A stretch of DNA of 64,000 nt. It comes from Tubiluchus corallicola (Eukaryota > Animalia > Priapulida). Position 1 is the first letter of the stretch. Each line of letters opens with the position of its first letter. The notes below the pieces were generated by a model. The model ran no database searches, was not told the origin of the DNA, and was given only the letters and a program-made list of their open reading frames with translations. The position numbers and the translations under genes are program-made. This document shows, one piece after another, positions 26,149 through 39,100 of the stretch. Where the stretch lies: assembly GCA_030141605.1 (NCBI GenBank), contig JAQGDQ010000042.1, forward strand, positions 124,001 through 188,000. The letters are read 5' to 3'.

Positions 26149-26599
26149 CGCGTTGGACAACATGCTGAAGTACTCAGAGTGATACAGCGCCACCCGTGGT
26201 CAAACAGGTAGCCTCCAAAGAACGGATGCTTTGAGTGTAACGGTGATTTTGCCATGATATTTTAAAGTAGGGATGGGATAATCCACAATAATGTTTAATT
26301 TACACTTGCTCGTTATCCAGAATAAAAATACACAAATCTCATCGCTATTCTGCATTTGAATATCTTGTGCTGTATACCTATTTCATCATCCAGTTAATAA
26401 TACACAAGTTGTCTGAAAGTAAATGATAGTTTTCAACCCATGACAAAATGAGACAAGCCCAATGACCTTTCACTGACCTGAAAGATGAAAGCAAGCCGAC
26501 TGTGTCTACTGTGCACAGCAGCTAGCGGCCCATTTAAATGTTTTAAATCTAGTTGTCTTTGCCATTTAATAGTCAGAGTCGTTGTTTTGACGTTTAAAC
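26149..26599. promoter_or_regulatory. Bidirectional promoter (GOSR1 / cell-cycle-like gene) with CDE-CHR, CCAAT and CTCF-like motifs
   Basis: Divergent ATGs ~450 bp apart. GCGG-CCCA-TTTAAA (26525-26538) has the canonical 4-nt CDE/CHR spacing; second TTTAAA at 26542; CCAAT at 26459; CAGCGCCACCCGTGGTCA (26185-26202) is CTCF-like. Confidence 0.55.
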
Positions 26600-28518
26600 A
26601 TGGAGATCACGTATGATGGAATGTGGGACGATTTGTGGAGAACAAGAACGGCTAGTGAAAGGATAAAGAATAGTGATAACGATTGTAATGACGTGAATTC
26701 CGTTGAACAAAGAAAACCGCTTCGACGAATGAGCACGAATATTCAGTCCATCAGAGACAATACTAAGCAAACCCTGAAGAACGTTAAACACAGACTAAAT
26801 TTTGTAAGTGTGTTTACAATACTCGATGCTGAAATAGTGTGCTTATTTTATTAATAATTTATAAGCACCGTCTTTTTTATACGAAGCCTTATACGAAATA
26901 TAACTTATAAGTACATATTTAACAGTTGCAATTTCTTTTACAGAAACATGCAAATCTGTTGAGCTGTGCGTCAGGTAGAAGAGGGATATTTGATGAGAAC
27001 TACAGCCCTTTAACTTCACCGTGCCGATCACCAGGACACACTCCACAACGACGTGCTTCTATGCGCAAGCACAGAACCACTGTCTATGAACCCTTCCATA
27101 TTGAAAGGCGAGTGTTTTTTGTGTTTTGCTCTTTTTTACTAATTTGAAGTCAAACTATGGAGCCCCATGAAATATACAACATGGCTAAAATTTGAAATAA
27201 AATTGTTATCTAAACATTGAAAGCACTACCGCTGCTAAAATTATTTTCATTAATGTAAGATCTGCTTATTATTACTAATCAAGTATTCATGGCACATTAT
27301 TAATTACTTTTTGGATAATTAAAATTTAACATTTCTTACATTTATATATTTTTAGCCCCAGTAAGTCACCAGTATTAAATTTGAGTTTAGCCAAAGAGCC
27401 TATAAGACGTAGCTGTAAGCGCACTCCACTATCAGGTCGATGCTCAGTCACTCCTTCAAAGAGAAGAAATCTGCAAAGGTGAGATATCGTTCTTTTTTCC
27501 ATTAATTTAGGTAAGATTTGGTCACATTTATTTATTTCTCTCAAACAGTGGATCATTGATGATGACCCATTGATGAGTGATGAATTATTACTCATAATGA
27601 TTGATGAGCATTAGTATTAATCATTGTTACCTGATAATTAGGGGTGTAGTTGAGAAGCAGCAAAGTTGATGAAAAAGTGCAAGTTGTCTGAGGCCTTTAA
27701 ATGTATATCACACATATAATACAAATACACATCGTCTGCACCAATAACAGTTCCACTTATTTTTACAACTGCACCACTGCTGATAATGATGTCTTATTAT
27801 GTATTTATAACTATCTCTTATTTTGCAACTGTTTGTTTATAGTGCAATTAAATTAGCCTGCATTGAGCTACAGACTACAAAGTGGTAGTGACATAAATTT
27901 ACTATTTTGGTTCACTACAGATTCAATTTCACCACAAGCAATGACATTATAAAATGTGTTGAACAAGCTCTTCCAACATTGGAGCAAATGACAGCAAGTT
28001 TAAACTTGAGCACTTACCCGCAAAAAACAACGTAAGTAGATAACATACGTAAATAAAAAAATCACATTGTTTTTTGTAGGTATATTGGTCTTACTGCTCT
28101 CTTTTTATTTGCTTATATATTAGATATATAAACTGTAAAACACGAAAATTTAAAACTACAATTTTTCCAGGTTTTGCCAAGGAATGTCTACAAAAAATTG
28201 CAAAATAAGTTGACATAATGCACATGTTCCTATTTCATACAAAAAAGTAATACATGAGTTTTGGACTGTTACTGTTGTATAATGTGCTGTTTCTGCATAA
28301 GTCATGTTGCAGCCAATGTGAGCCAAGGCAGAAGTGCCTGAAAACTTGGTAGATACTGTAACAAAATTGCAGTTCATGTTATTTCATTTAATTTTAGGAC
28401 ACAAGCTGTTGAGAATTTTGCATACAGTGACTCAGAAGTGGAAAAAGAAAAGAAGGAGAGTGATGCTGTATTGCGACGTTCAACTATTGTCTGGGGTTCC
28501 CAGGAAAGACTTGTTTAG
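26600..28518 (+). CDS. 240-aa basic, S/TP-rich protein, possibly PIMREG/FAM64A-like; exons 26600-26803, 26944-27107, 27356-27478, 27921-28031, 28398-28518
   Basis: Five exons join in frame (723 nt) using strong splice sites and one GC donor (AG|GCGAGT at 27108). Clustered CDK sites (SPLTSPCRSPGHTPQRR, SPSKSP, TPSKRR) and an RxxL motif (RKPLRRMSTN). Gene structure is confident; family identity is inference. Confidence 0.75.
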
Positions 28519-28706
28519 TTTCACTAAAATTTGCTTCAAGCCGGTTGTAGTTGAGAAACTGTTATATTGGTTTGTGTCCTTTACTTTTTTTGGTTTTATT
28601 TATGATTATGTTGTTTTGGCTGTTAGTTATGAAGTTTCTTCTTGGAATCTTGTGTTTCACCCAATTTTTTTTATAAGATTTTATGTTATATGGAACAAAT
28701 CATTTA

Positions 28707-29161
28707 CCGTATTTTCCCGTGTATAAGAGACCCTTGTGTATAAGAGACCCCTTCAACTTTTAGGCAAAAATTCTGGAAAAAAGTTTTTTCAGACGGACAT
28801 TTTTAGAGGGTAGAGTACAACTTTTTTCAACTCAATGCGGTACTGAAAACAAAATAAAACCAGTTAATGTGTTGTAGAAAAAGAGTACTGGTATATATTA
28901 AAGTGCGTACCTGCAAACCTGTAACAGGAAAAGAGAAAACAAGGAGATAATGCCTGTGTCACGATGCTTGTATTGCTTGCAACCGCTTCATAGTCGAACG
29001 CGACACGCAAAACAGTTGTAGAGCACTTATTTCTTTAAAATCATTAGTGTCACAATTTATGCATCTTATTGAAAAGACTTACTCCCATGTATAAGAGACC
29101 CCCTATTTTTAAAGTGAAAATTCTGAGCAAAAAAGGGTCTCTTATACACGGGAAAATACGG
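28707..29161. mobile_element. Tc1/mariner-pogo type MITE, young, just after the stop of the 240-aa gene
   Basis: Perfect TIR CCGTATTTTCCCGTGTATAAGAGACCC / GGGTCTCTTATACACGGGAAAATACGG with TA TSD; internal TGTATAAGAGACCCC repeats. Confidence 0.9.
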
Positions 29162-32100
29162 TAGATTTTTAATCTATTAAAATTCTGCATGAAACTGGAA
29201 ATTCAAGTCCAAAAGTAACATTAGATTGCGACCTGAAAATATAGTGAAATCTCTTCACCAAACATCACTTTTTTGCTGACAATTGAAATTGCCCAGAAAA
29301 TAGTTTTTAGGTAATCACACGTCCATTTACAGACCAACTTTTAAGTTGCTTGAGTTTATTCGTTTAACATAGCCGTGACCACTCGGCTATTCGTTTTCCT
29401 CCAGTATTATTTATTTGCTTACTTGACACTGTCACATTAATTGTATTTTGAGAGACATTGTCACTAAAAAATCATTACACTTAATTGGTAAGACACTAAA
29501 CTTCTGCAAATGGAAACACTACATTAATATGCCTTAAAAGCTGGAATTGTTATCTTATCAATTATTATTATTGTACCTGTTGTGTTATTTAAGGTATTAA
29601 TTTAAAGTGTTGTATTATTGAAAAGCTTGCACAGATGTCACCTTGTGTTATTGCTGAAATATGAATTTACACCATCAGTTGTAAGTTGATGCATTTAAAA
29701 TTAGTGACAGCCAAGTTTTACATGTTTTTCCCAAAGGCTCGTCACTGTGTTTTACAAATTTTAGCTATAATTTATGTAATGAGTGTCTGATTGTACATTT
29801 TGTGTGTGTTCATAAATTATAATTTTGTGAAATGAGTTTTTACAATCAGCTTTTGCCAAAGTTACCTTGTACAGTTTTTCGTAGTGCTTTTTGTAATTTC
29901 TTGTACTTATACATCTACAGGCTTTGCAGTAGACATGTAATATTATTTGCTAGGTTTTCTAAGATAATTCAGTAGCACCTAGCTTAAAAAACCGTCTATT
30001 AGACTATGCTTTCTAGGATTAGAATGTGTATATTAAATTATGTCATGGCCTAAACTCGTTTAGGTACCCCATTTGAATATTTCAGTACAAGTTGTGATTT
30101 TTCAGTCTTTTTAGGCTATGCTGATATAATTTTGCTCATTTACATCATCCTCTTCCATCTAATTATTTATATCTCTTTCAGTTAACTATAGTAATTATGT
30201 ATGCATAAGTGCATATAATTTCAATAACCCTCTTCACAATTTTGTTATGTGCACGAGCAGTTGCTGTAGGTTAACTGAACCCAGCGCGTCTCACTACAAT
30301 GGTCACATGACCTTATGCATGTAACTACATGTAGGTGAAACATGTGGTTATTTTTATTATATACTACACGCTTATAGTTATAAATAACATATTATTCTTA
30401 TCCGAAAATAGCTGGCAAAATAGCAGCAGCAGTCCACGTAAAATGAAATGAATAAAGCAAAAATTAATGCCCAATGCATTGTTTGGTTCAGATAACGTTG
30501 TCGTGTACATTTAACCTTTGACATTTTCATGATCATCATCAATCGCTGGAACTGTGAAAAGGTTTATTAAATATTATAAAGTTAAATTTTTTAAATTGCG
30601 TTTAGACTTTTGTTGTTGACAATATTGGCTTATAACATAATTTAGCTGTTGGCTAGCTGTAAATTCAATTTGTCAAAGTTTTTCTTAAAATTATCTGTGA
30701 CTAATACTATTGTAATTTTATTCTGAAATTATTTTTACTAATTTCATTGAAAAGTGCATTTTTGTGTTTAAATTAAGTGAAAGTGGTCTAGAATTATCGA
30801 TATAGAATTATTTATTAATACAGTCCATTCTTGTGTTCCCTCAGCCCACTGTGCTTCAACAAAGTCAAAAAATATTTTCACGAATCTTGCAAGCCTATCT
30901 AGTATACATAATCTACAAATCAGTGAGTACAGACTGAGCCACCTGAACGTTGTTTTCCATACCATTCAAATGTATTTTGCATGCACAGCATGTGCCGTAT
31001 TTCAAATTCAAAATCATATACCTCAGTATCGACTAGTTTCTACACGCTATTTCATACGCCATGGAAATACAAGTGATACCACGGTCTAAATAATTTGTAT
31101 TGTCACATGTGCTTTGCCTAATGAAATTTAAATTACAGAATAAAGTATAAACAAATAGTGCCAAAAGTATTGTAAAAAGGGGCCCTCTTGACAATGACCG
31201 AACATACCGCCACAATTTTTATTATGCAATGTCACCAACACTATCAGAACACAATGCACATAAAAAATTAGCCCAGATGAACATATTCAAAATACGTAAA
31301 AGATACCTTACCTTTGTTTTTGTTACAAATGGGTTTATTAATTTCTTGAAGTTTTCACATCAGCAACAATAAGTGAAAATGAGAAAGTTACAGGTTGATT
31401 GGACAGATTTCAAAATCACAGAGATAGTACAGTATTTACCTTTTGTAACAAGATACGAGATCAAGCTGTACAACAGCAATGCACAAATTACAAAATGACA
31501 CTTTGCAAGCACAGATAACAGTTGACTGAAAAAAGATTACTGTTATACAATCAGCAAATACCCTAAAGCTAAAATAAATAACATTTATTTTATACAAAAC
31601 ATTTCATCTGCTATCTGTAAAACAGATACAAACAGAACAGTAAGCAACTACACAAAATTCAAGTCGTTTGAGGTTATAGCAAAAACAAACAAACAAACAA
31701 ATGCACAATTCTTTGAAAGAGGGAGAAAGTACAGGCTAAAAAGAACTATACTTCAAAACTTTAAAACAAATCTCTTTACAGTGACGAAAAAGTAAATCAA
31801 TCTTAATAACTCAAGCGAACTCAAGTTTACATAAGGCAACAGGTACAAGCAAACTATAGTTACACCGTACATGTTCAAACTGAAATAATGTACATTTAGC
31901 TAGTATAAATGCAAAATCCGCTGTCATCTGAAGTAGCAACATGCTAATAAGAAATTTCAAAAAATACTAAATAAATAGCAGTGATGCAGAATAATTATCA
32001 ATCACACAATTGTACATTCAGAATTTTTTTGTGCAATTAAAAAATGATGCATAATACACTCCTATGTAAGTCATAAACAACTATTGTGCCCTGCACAATA

Positions 32101-33117
32101 CCAGTGTCTACCATTTTACATGAGAAAATGCATAGTTAGCTCAAAATTTAATTAACTAGGGCATGTTTATACATATAATTTTGACATTGGAGCAACAATA
32201 ATAAAGGAATGTAGAAACTGATTCAAGTATGGATCGTCACACGCACATGGCAACAATGAGCCAACGACCAGATTATTAGGTGTACTACAAACTGAGTGTT
32301 AACTCGATTCATAATAAACATACAAAAAATGTATTCTGTGACGTTTCAGTAATAAGCAATGGAATTGGAAGTATTATTGCCAAATGTAATGCACTGCTAG
32401 TTATTTTACAGATATTTAAAACAATAGTGTAAAGTTACACATTTTATACCATAAACTAGCAGTCATACATAAATGTGTAAAAGCAATTTATAAAAAAAAT
32501 CAGCATTTAATAAAAAAAAACAGTATAGGACATAAACAGTATTACAGTTAGTGTTCATTAAAACAGCCATTATGAGCCTTAAAAATATTAACAGCATTTT
32601 ACTTATCGGCTTACTATGCATATAATGTAAATAAAGTCATATACGGACAAGTGAATGGGTAAGTTAATGAAATCAGTTTTTCAGTTTACTATGCAAATAC
32701 ATTCATCAAACAAACAACCGACTTAGCACGATTATCAATTCTTCAATGAGACATTGAAATCTGTTGTGGCATTTACATCATTTCTTATGTAAATATGGTA
32801 ATATTTAATGATGGCTCACTTAGTATGACATTTTTCTGGAATGCATTGACATTGTTAGGCGAGGATTTACTCTACGCTAAAACAAAATTAAAACATTGAT
32901 GAATTACTAAAAACAAATGTATGTTAAAATTGTATTTAATTTTAATACGAAAAATTGCTGAAAGCATGTAAAACTCCAGAAGACAAGCTCCATGAACAGT
33001 AAGTTTTACAGCATTATTAGTTGCTATCATTGTATTTTACATACAAAACATGCCATTACCGTCTGTTTTTCGGTCTCAGAACATTAAATAAGTAATTACA
33101 TTTACAGCAAATTCAAG

Positions 33118-36100
33118 TTACCGTCTATCACCAGGAGATGACGATCGAGGCTTCTTAAATGGCGGCTCACTGCTGTCATCTTGATTCATTTCAGAGACCA
33201 GATGTGAGGGTGAATCTATTAATAACCGATAAACAAAGTTTAATTACTAACACCATTAAATAAAAAAAAATCATTTATTTGTTGTATGCAAAAACTAGAT
33301 TTCTCAATATGTAACATAGCCAAGTAACATGTACTTGTTAGGAGCTTTGACTTAGCTATAAATCACATAATAATATTAGCTGCAATAACTTATATAGTAA
33401 ACTAATAAGCCAAATATGATTACGCTTTATGATAAAACATCATGCTAGAAATGAGATCAGATAAAATGTCTATTCCACATACGTTTGAGCAGACTTGACT
33501 GAGAATCCATGCTTTCACTTTGCTGGAAAGACTCTTCATTGTCTAACATATCCATTGCTAAAAAGCATAAAATATATATGATAAGTGATACAGTATGCTT
33601 ACCTTAGGTGATATTCATATAATATACTATCAATATCTTTATATATTAAAAAGTAAAATCTACAACGGTATTAATTAATCAAGTGTTGCATTTAGTGTAC
33701 GAAGGCAAATAAGTATTCACCAAATCTCATCTCTCCACCTTGTGCATTAAGGCAAGAACTATCTGGAAAATTTGTGCTTGAATCATCCTGTGATGATGAA
33801 ACAGCTCCTTCAAATGTCAGAGGTCCTAAAAAACAACAATGGTGAGTGAGGCACTAAAATTTTGACAAACTAAAAATCTACATAACCAATAAGTTTCTTA
33901 AAATCAAACTAAAGCCTCAAAACAACATAAACTTTTACAACTTAAAATCCTATTCTCATTACGAATATTCAATTTATTCCATTATAAACGTATGCTAAAA
34001 CTTGTTTCTTTTGATTTTTTATCACTTTGTTGTATTAAATTTGAGGAACCGCTATTTTTTGTTGTGCGAGATGAATGACGTTATGAGTACTGTCACGAGG
34101 TCACCAAAGATCAGTAAACAAACATTGGTAACCAAAGACGCTTTCTCTAACTCATACATCATTCTCGCTTACTTGCACCAAAATGTGAAACATGGCTATC
34201 TTTATGGCAATGCACGCTTTTGAAATTCACCACAAAAAGGTAAGTTATTTAATTCACAAGTCTCTTTTGTTTAACACTAAGAATGAATTTCTTGTGTAAT
34301 CATAATAATGTGTTAAAAAAACTTTTACAATGTTTGTTGGGATTCAATTTTTCACATCTTTGTCTGTAGGCCTTTAAGCACCTAGGGTTCTGAATCATAT
34401 TTGCATAAAGCACATAAGGCAAACAACTGGAAAATGAATGTAAAAATAAAATTCAGACAAATAAATTATTTTTTAAAACAGCAAAAACATGGTTGTAAAT
34501 AAGTAAACTTAATGTCCCGAGAAGACAAACTTTTATCTCCACAAAGGTAATAATTTGTTAATTATTAAATAATACCTGAATTCACAGTGTCTGTATTCTC
34601 ATTCATCTGTGACGAATTAAAGTTCTCCAAATTTGAATTTGAATTTTCTCCTGAACCGCTCAAGTCCTCCCCCTGTCCCGGCGAATCTACAAACGAATAC
34701 GTGTAAAGCAGAGTAGTACTTCAAAATGCACATCAGTGTATGAGCAGTAGTACAAACAAATTATGTGTTGCGTAACGAAGGTACAACCAGGGCCATGGTG
34801 ACACCTGCCATTAAATAATAGTTTGTAACACTCTCAATATTTAGCTACATTGGAGTTTCGCCACTACCAAGTGAATCATCAGGCTACTTCGTCTTTATGA
34901 TCAAGTTCTCCGAATTTGAGTCTTAATGGTACCTGATGTAATTAACTTAACATAACCTAATGTACATTAGTATCAGGTGTAACTATTTTAAAATTTACTG
35001 ATGTGGGAGTTTGCCCATTTTTACAGACGGTAGCACACAGTCCTCCAACAATAAGTGCACCTCCAGAGTTCCAACTTCAAATCCTAATCCCTATATTTTA
35101 GCCATCTCCGACTCCAACTCCGGCAGCAATAAATTTACTGCTGACTCCAACTCCACAGCAGCCCTGGGCACAAGAAGCACTACAATTTAGCATTAGCTTG
35201 AATTCCAGAAAAAACAAACATCTTGTTATCACAAGGCTTGCGACCAGTTGAGACTAACTTCTTTTGAGTAACTGCAAATGAAATTCAGTGCAGTAAACGT
35301 CAAGTAATGAAATCTTTAGCAAGCAATTTAGAATCATTGTCTGTAATAATTACTGCAAGGAGCAAATTTCAGGATAAAAAATAAGAAAACTTCTAAGTAA
35401 TGACACTGCAGACTGACAACATGGTAACTAGAGCACTACGTTTTTCACGCCTTGTGGTTCCTAAAAAAAGTCAAAATTTGGAAATTCTGTGTCTACCATG
35501 AATTTATAGGAGTAATTCATTAGATCTTTTGAGCTTGTAGATCAAAATTAATGTCATACATATTTAAATCATATTTCAAAAGCTAGTACAGTAGACGCCG
35601 CTTAATAGTCTCACTTTGGGACTGAAGTGTTTTACCAATTAACCGACTGAACCTATTAACCGATGGGTGTAGTATTACTGGTATAGAAGTATGAGTCATC
35701 AGCTTAGTATGCACTGCAAAGGTTTTTAATGAATTTTAGAAACAAAGTAATGCCTAAATTCCTTTGTGCAGTTAAAAATTAGAAAAAACGGTTTAAAATA
35801 TTAATTTATATAAGTGAATTTGCAATAAATTAAAAAGTACACTTTTCTATATCAGGTAAGTTTCTTTATTTGCAAAAAGTACAAAAATTCCTTCAAAGTC
35901 AGCTGCTTCATTTCGTTGCAAAGAAGTTGGCTCACAAAGTTCTCATAATGATAAAAACATTGAAAATCTGTTGTTGTATGGTGCACAAATTCTCGTAAAA
36001 TACTTAGTGCTTGGCATGCTTAAATTGTTGGTGGTACCTCCTGTGTTTCCCCGCAAGTAGCTTCGTCTGTAATTTCGCCTAAGCTCCCGCTTGCTATTGT

Positions 36101-39100
36101 GACACACTTACTGTACTTGTGACCTGCGTCCCTGGCATAACAGCAACATCTACCTGATTAAACTTTCTGACAATGACAGCCAGAGCTTCAAAAGCAAACC
36201 GCTAAGCAAGTGATTAAATGTTTAGCTTCCAGGAATTCTTGGGTAAAGAGGTTAACTGTAGTGGGTGGGAGGGAACCACTAAGCTAGCATATTAGTGTAT
36301 GACAAACGTTCCTGCTTACAGACAAAACAGTACTTATCATGATTGTTTCTATGTATATTATAGGACAAAAGCGAACTAAGATGATATAAAAGTCATAAAA
36401 GCTTATTGAAGTCATGAGTCATGAAAGTGTCTTATGGAAGCATGTGAAACAAAAATACTGAGTCAATTACCGACAGTTTTTATGTACATTAAAATAGAAG
36501 CGGCCCCAGACGTTTTTGAGTCAATTTAGCGATTGAGTCTATTAAGCGGTGCCTACTGTTTTTAGACTAATGAGAATGTAGTTTACAAGGTTCTCACTGC
36601 ACTACACATGTCTCTAACACAAAGAAAAACATTCCTAAGGAAAAAGTGATGACCAAAAACCCTGTTACTAAACACACATACAAAAACCATGATCGTATGG
36701 CTTAAATGATAAGTATAATCACTAGCTGTAATTGCAATTTTTATTTCAGAATAGTAATTCTGAGTAACATTAATTATTTATTGCAGTCTGCGAAAAACTT
36801 CTTACCTGTACCCCTACTGTTATCATCTTGGCCAGTAAGTGAAGGAAGGGATGCTCCCTCTGCAGCATCCGCATCTGCACGCCACTTTTTAAATCCAGAT
36901 GAGCGCGTTTTAACTCTTTTCTCCTTTCCACCAAACAAGCCCTTTCCCGAAACCAAAGTCTTCTATAAACACACAATAGATGATTAGAAAATAAATGCCT
37001 GTATATTGCAAGCACAAACAACAGAAAAAATGGCTAAAAGTCATTTTTAGTAAAAATACAAAATGACAAAAACACATTGAAACACAAGTCAGTTAGCTGC
37101 AGCATCCATAAGCACACACCGAATTAAATACACACAATGTACAACGTATGACTACATATATATTTTGCAAATCTTAAGTTAAAAACAGGTTACATTACAA
37201 TTATTTTAAAAAAGTTCCAACTATTTTAAAATTTTTTAACTATTTAAAAAAATAGTCCACTGTCAGCTTTTTTCTCAGTGTGCAAAAAGCTTTTGCTTAA
37301 TATTCCAATTTTCATATTTAATATTTTAGCATTTAATATTTAAATATTTCATATTTCAATTTTAAGTATTAGCTAATCTTTGAACTAACTAATTGTATAA
37401 CTATATTCTCAAACTAACCAACGTATATAGCTATTCTTAACTAAAAAGTATTTGTTGCACATAGTGGAAATACTTTAATCAGTAATATTACTATAATTAT
37501 TCTAATCCACTTAAAATAAGCAAAGTTTACATATATAAAAGCTCTTGCACATGTTCATAATGCCAATTAAAACATATGTAATTTGACTTATTTGTCTAAC
37601 ATAAAATTAACAGAACATACATATATAAGTCGATTTATATATCTTAATTCTCCATGTATAATTTGCGCAATCTGCATTTACTCCAAATTCTCAGCAGGAT
37701 ACACTATTACACCACAGATATTACAGAAATGTAATTCCATATAAATGTTCCCTTCTGATAGATTACTAACTAAACATTTCAAAAAATAAATACCCCTACC
37801 AGAATGAATTTATCATATTAATGTCTAAAGAAAAAAATGAAGAGAATGTTTAGATGGAAAGCAAAAACCCTACCTTTAATGGCATCTTAAACGGAAGCTA
37901 TCGTCAAGAAAGCAGTAAAAACAACGAATACGGAACCCTTATACATTCAGTTTGGATCAATTATTATTTAATTTAATGCCAGCCCACTATGTGAAACACA
38001 GTCAATTTATGTAAGATTACACAGCTGATGTGACATCAACTAACCGCATCATTATTACTTACTGGTAATCAATAAATTTGACACATTGTTACCGTAAAAA
38101 CAAAACAAAGCCTTCTTCATATCTCAAGATAAAATATGCATAGTCAAAATTGATAGAAAATAAAATAGTTTCAAACGTTTTTTTAAATCTACCCCCACTA
38201 GTATAATCAGCTGTCATAACATAAGTGCACAGAAAGTGTTGGGTTCAAAACCCAGTGACAGTGCAAAATTTTTCATTCTAATTTAGCATAATGTTTGCAT
38301 GCTCACATGACAGACCAAAAGCAGCAAACAAGCAATCAGCTAAATAATCTGTGGACATCTAACCACACAGCATTGAATACGTATTGTGTGTGCACTAGTA
38401 TTTGCTGCTGCATTACGTTACTTTTTAACAATTAATTAAATTTAATACGTACACTCATATCTCAGTTTGCTGGACCTTGCTTTTACGGATATCCAAAAAA
38501 ATCATCCCGCATGCTACGGACACAGCCCATTATTTCGCTAGGTGACCGCTAGTTGGAGGGCCATCACTTTGTTTACATCATTACATCAATGCAACCAAGC
38601 AGCGTGTAACAACACGTGCATAGATTGTATGTCAGGAACGGCCCACACTAGAGGTTTTTGAAACAATTACAAGACTGATTCTAAATTATCGCGAGTCTAA
38701 TACACAGTGCCTACTGTATTAGCTTAGTATCGGTAAATACGCACAATCGGCAAATTCGAACCGACGTCTCCCCACTTTTGTCGGAGATATGAGTGTAATA
38801 GTTTTTTAATGCAGTGTAGCACCCTGCAAGTTAGAAACCTGCATTCAACGACAGGGCCATTCAGTATTAATATTTGTGGTGGTACCAGAACCTAGCCCAT
38901 TATCAAAGCTAAGCTTCTAAATTAAGCCACCAAATCACGTTTACTTATTTTGTATACATCAAAGAAGGAAATGGCTAGAGTCATTACGACAAGCAAACCA
39001 CCAAAGTACTGCACCCAGGTGGTTATAAACCATTAACTGAATAGCTTTGGCATTGCTTAACTTTGGCTGTGAAGCTAACTTACAGGACCACTCAACTATT

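Noticed and set aside
30768-31215. Short hydrophobic minus-strand ORFs
   Set aside because: Non-ATG or weak starts within the probable long BCL7 3' UTR; no homology signal.
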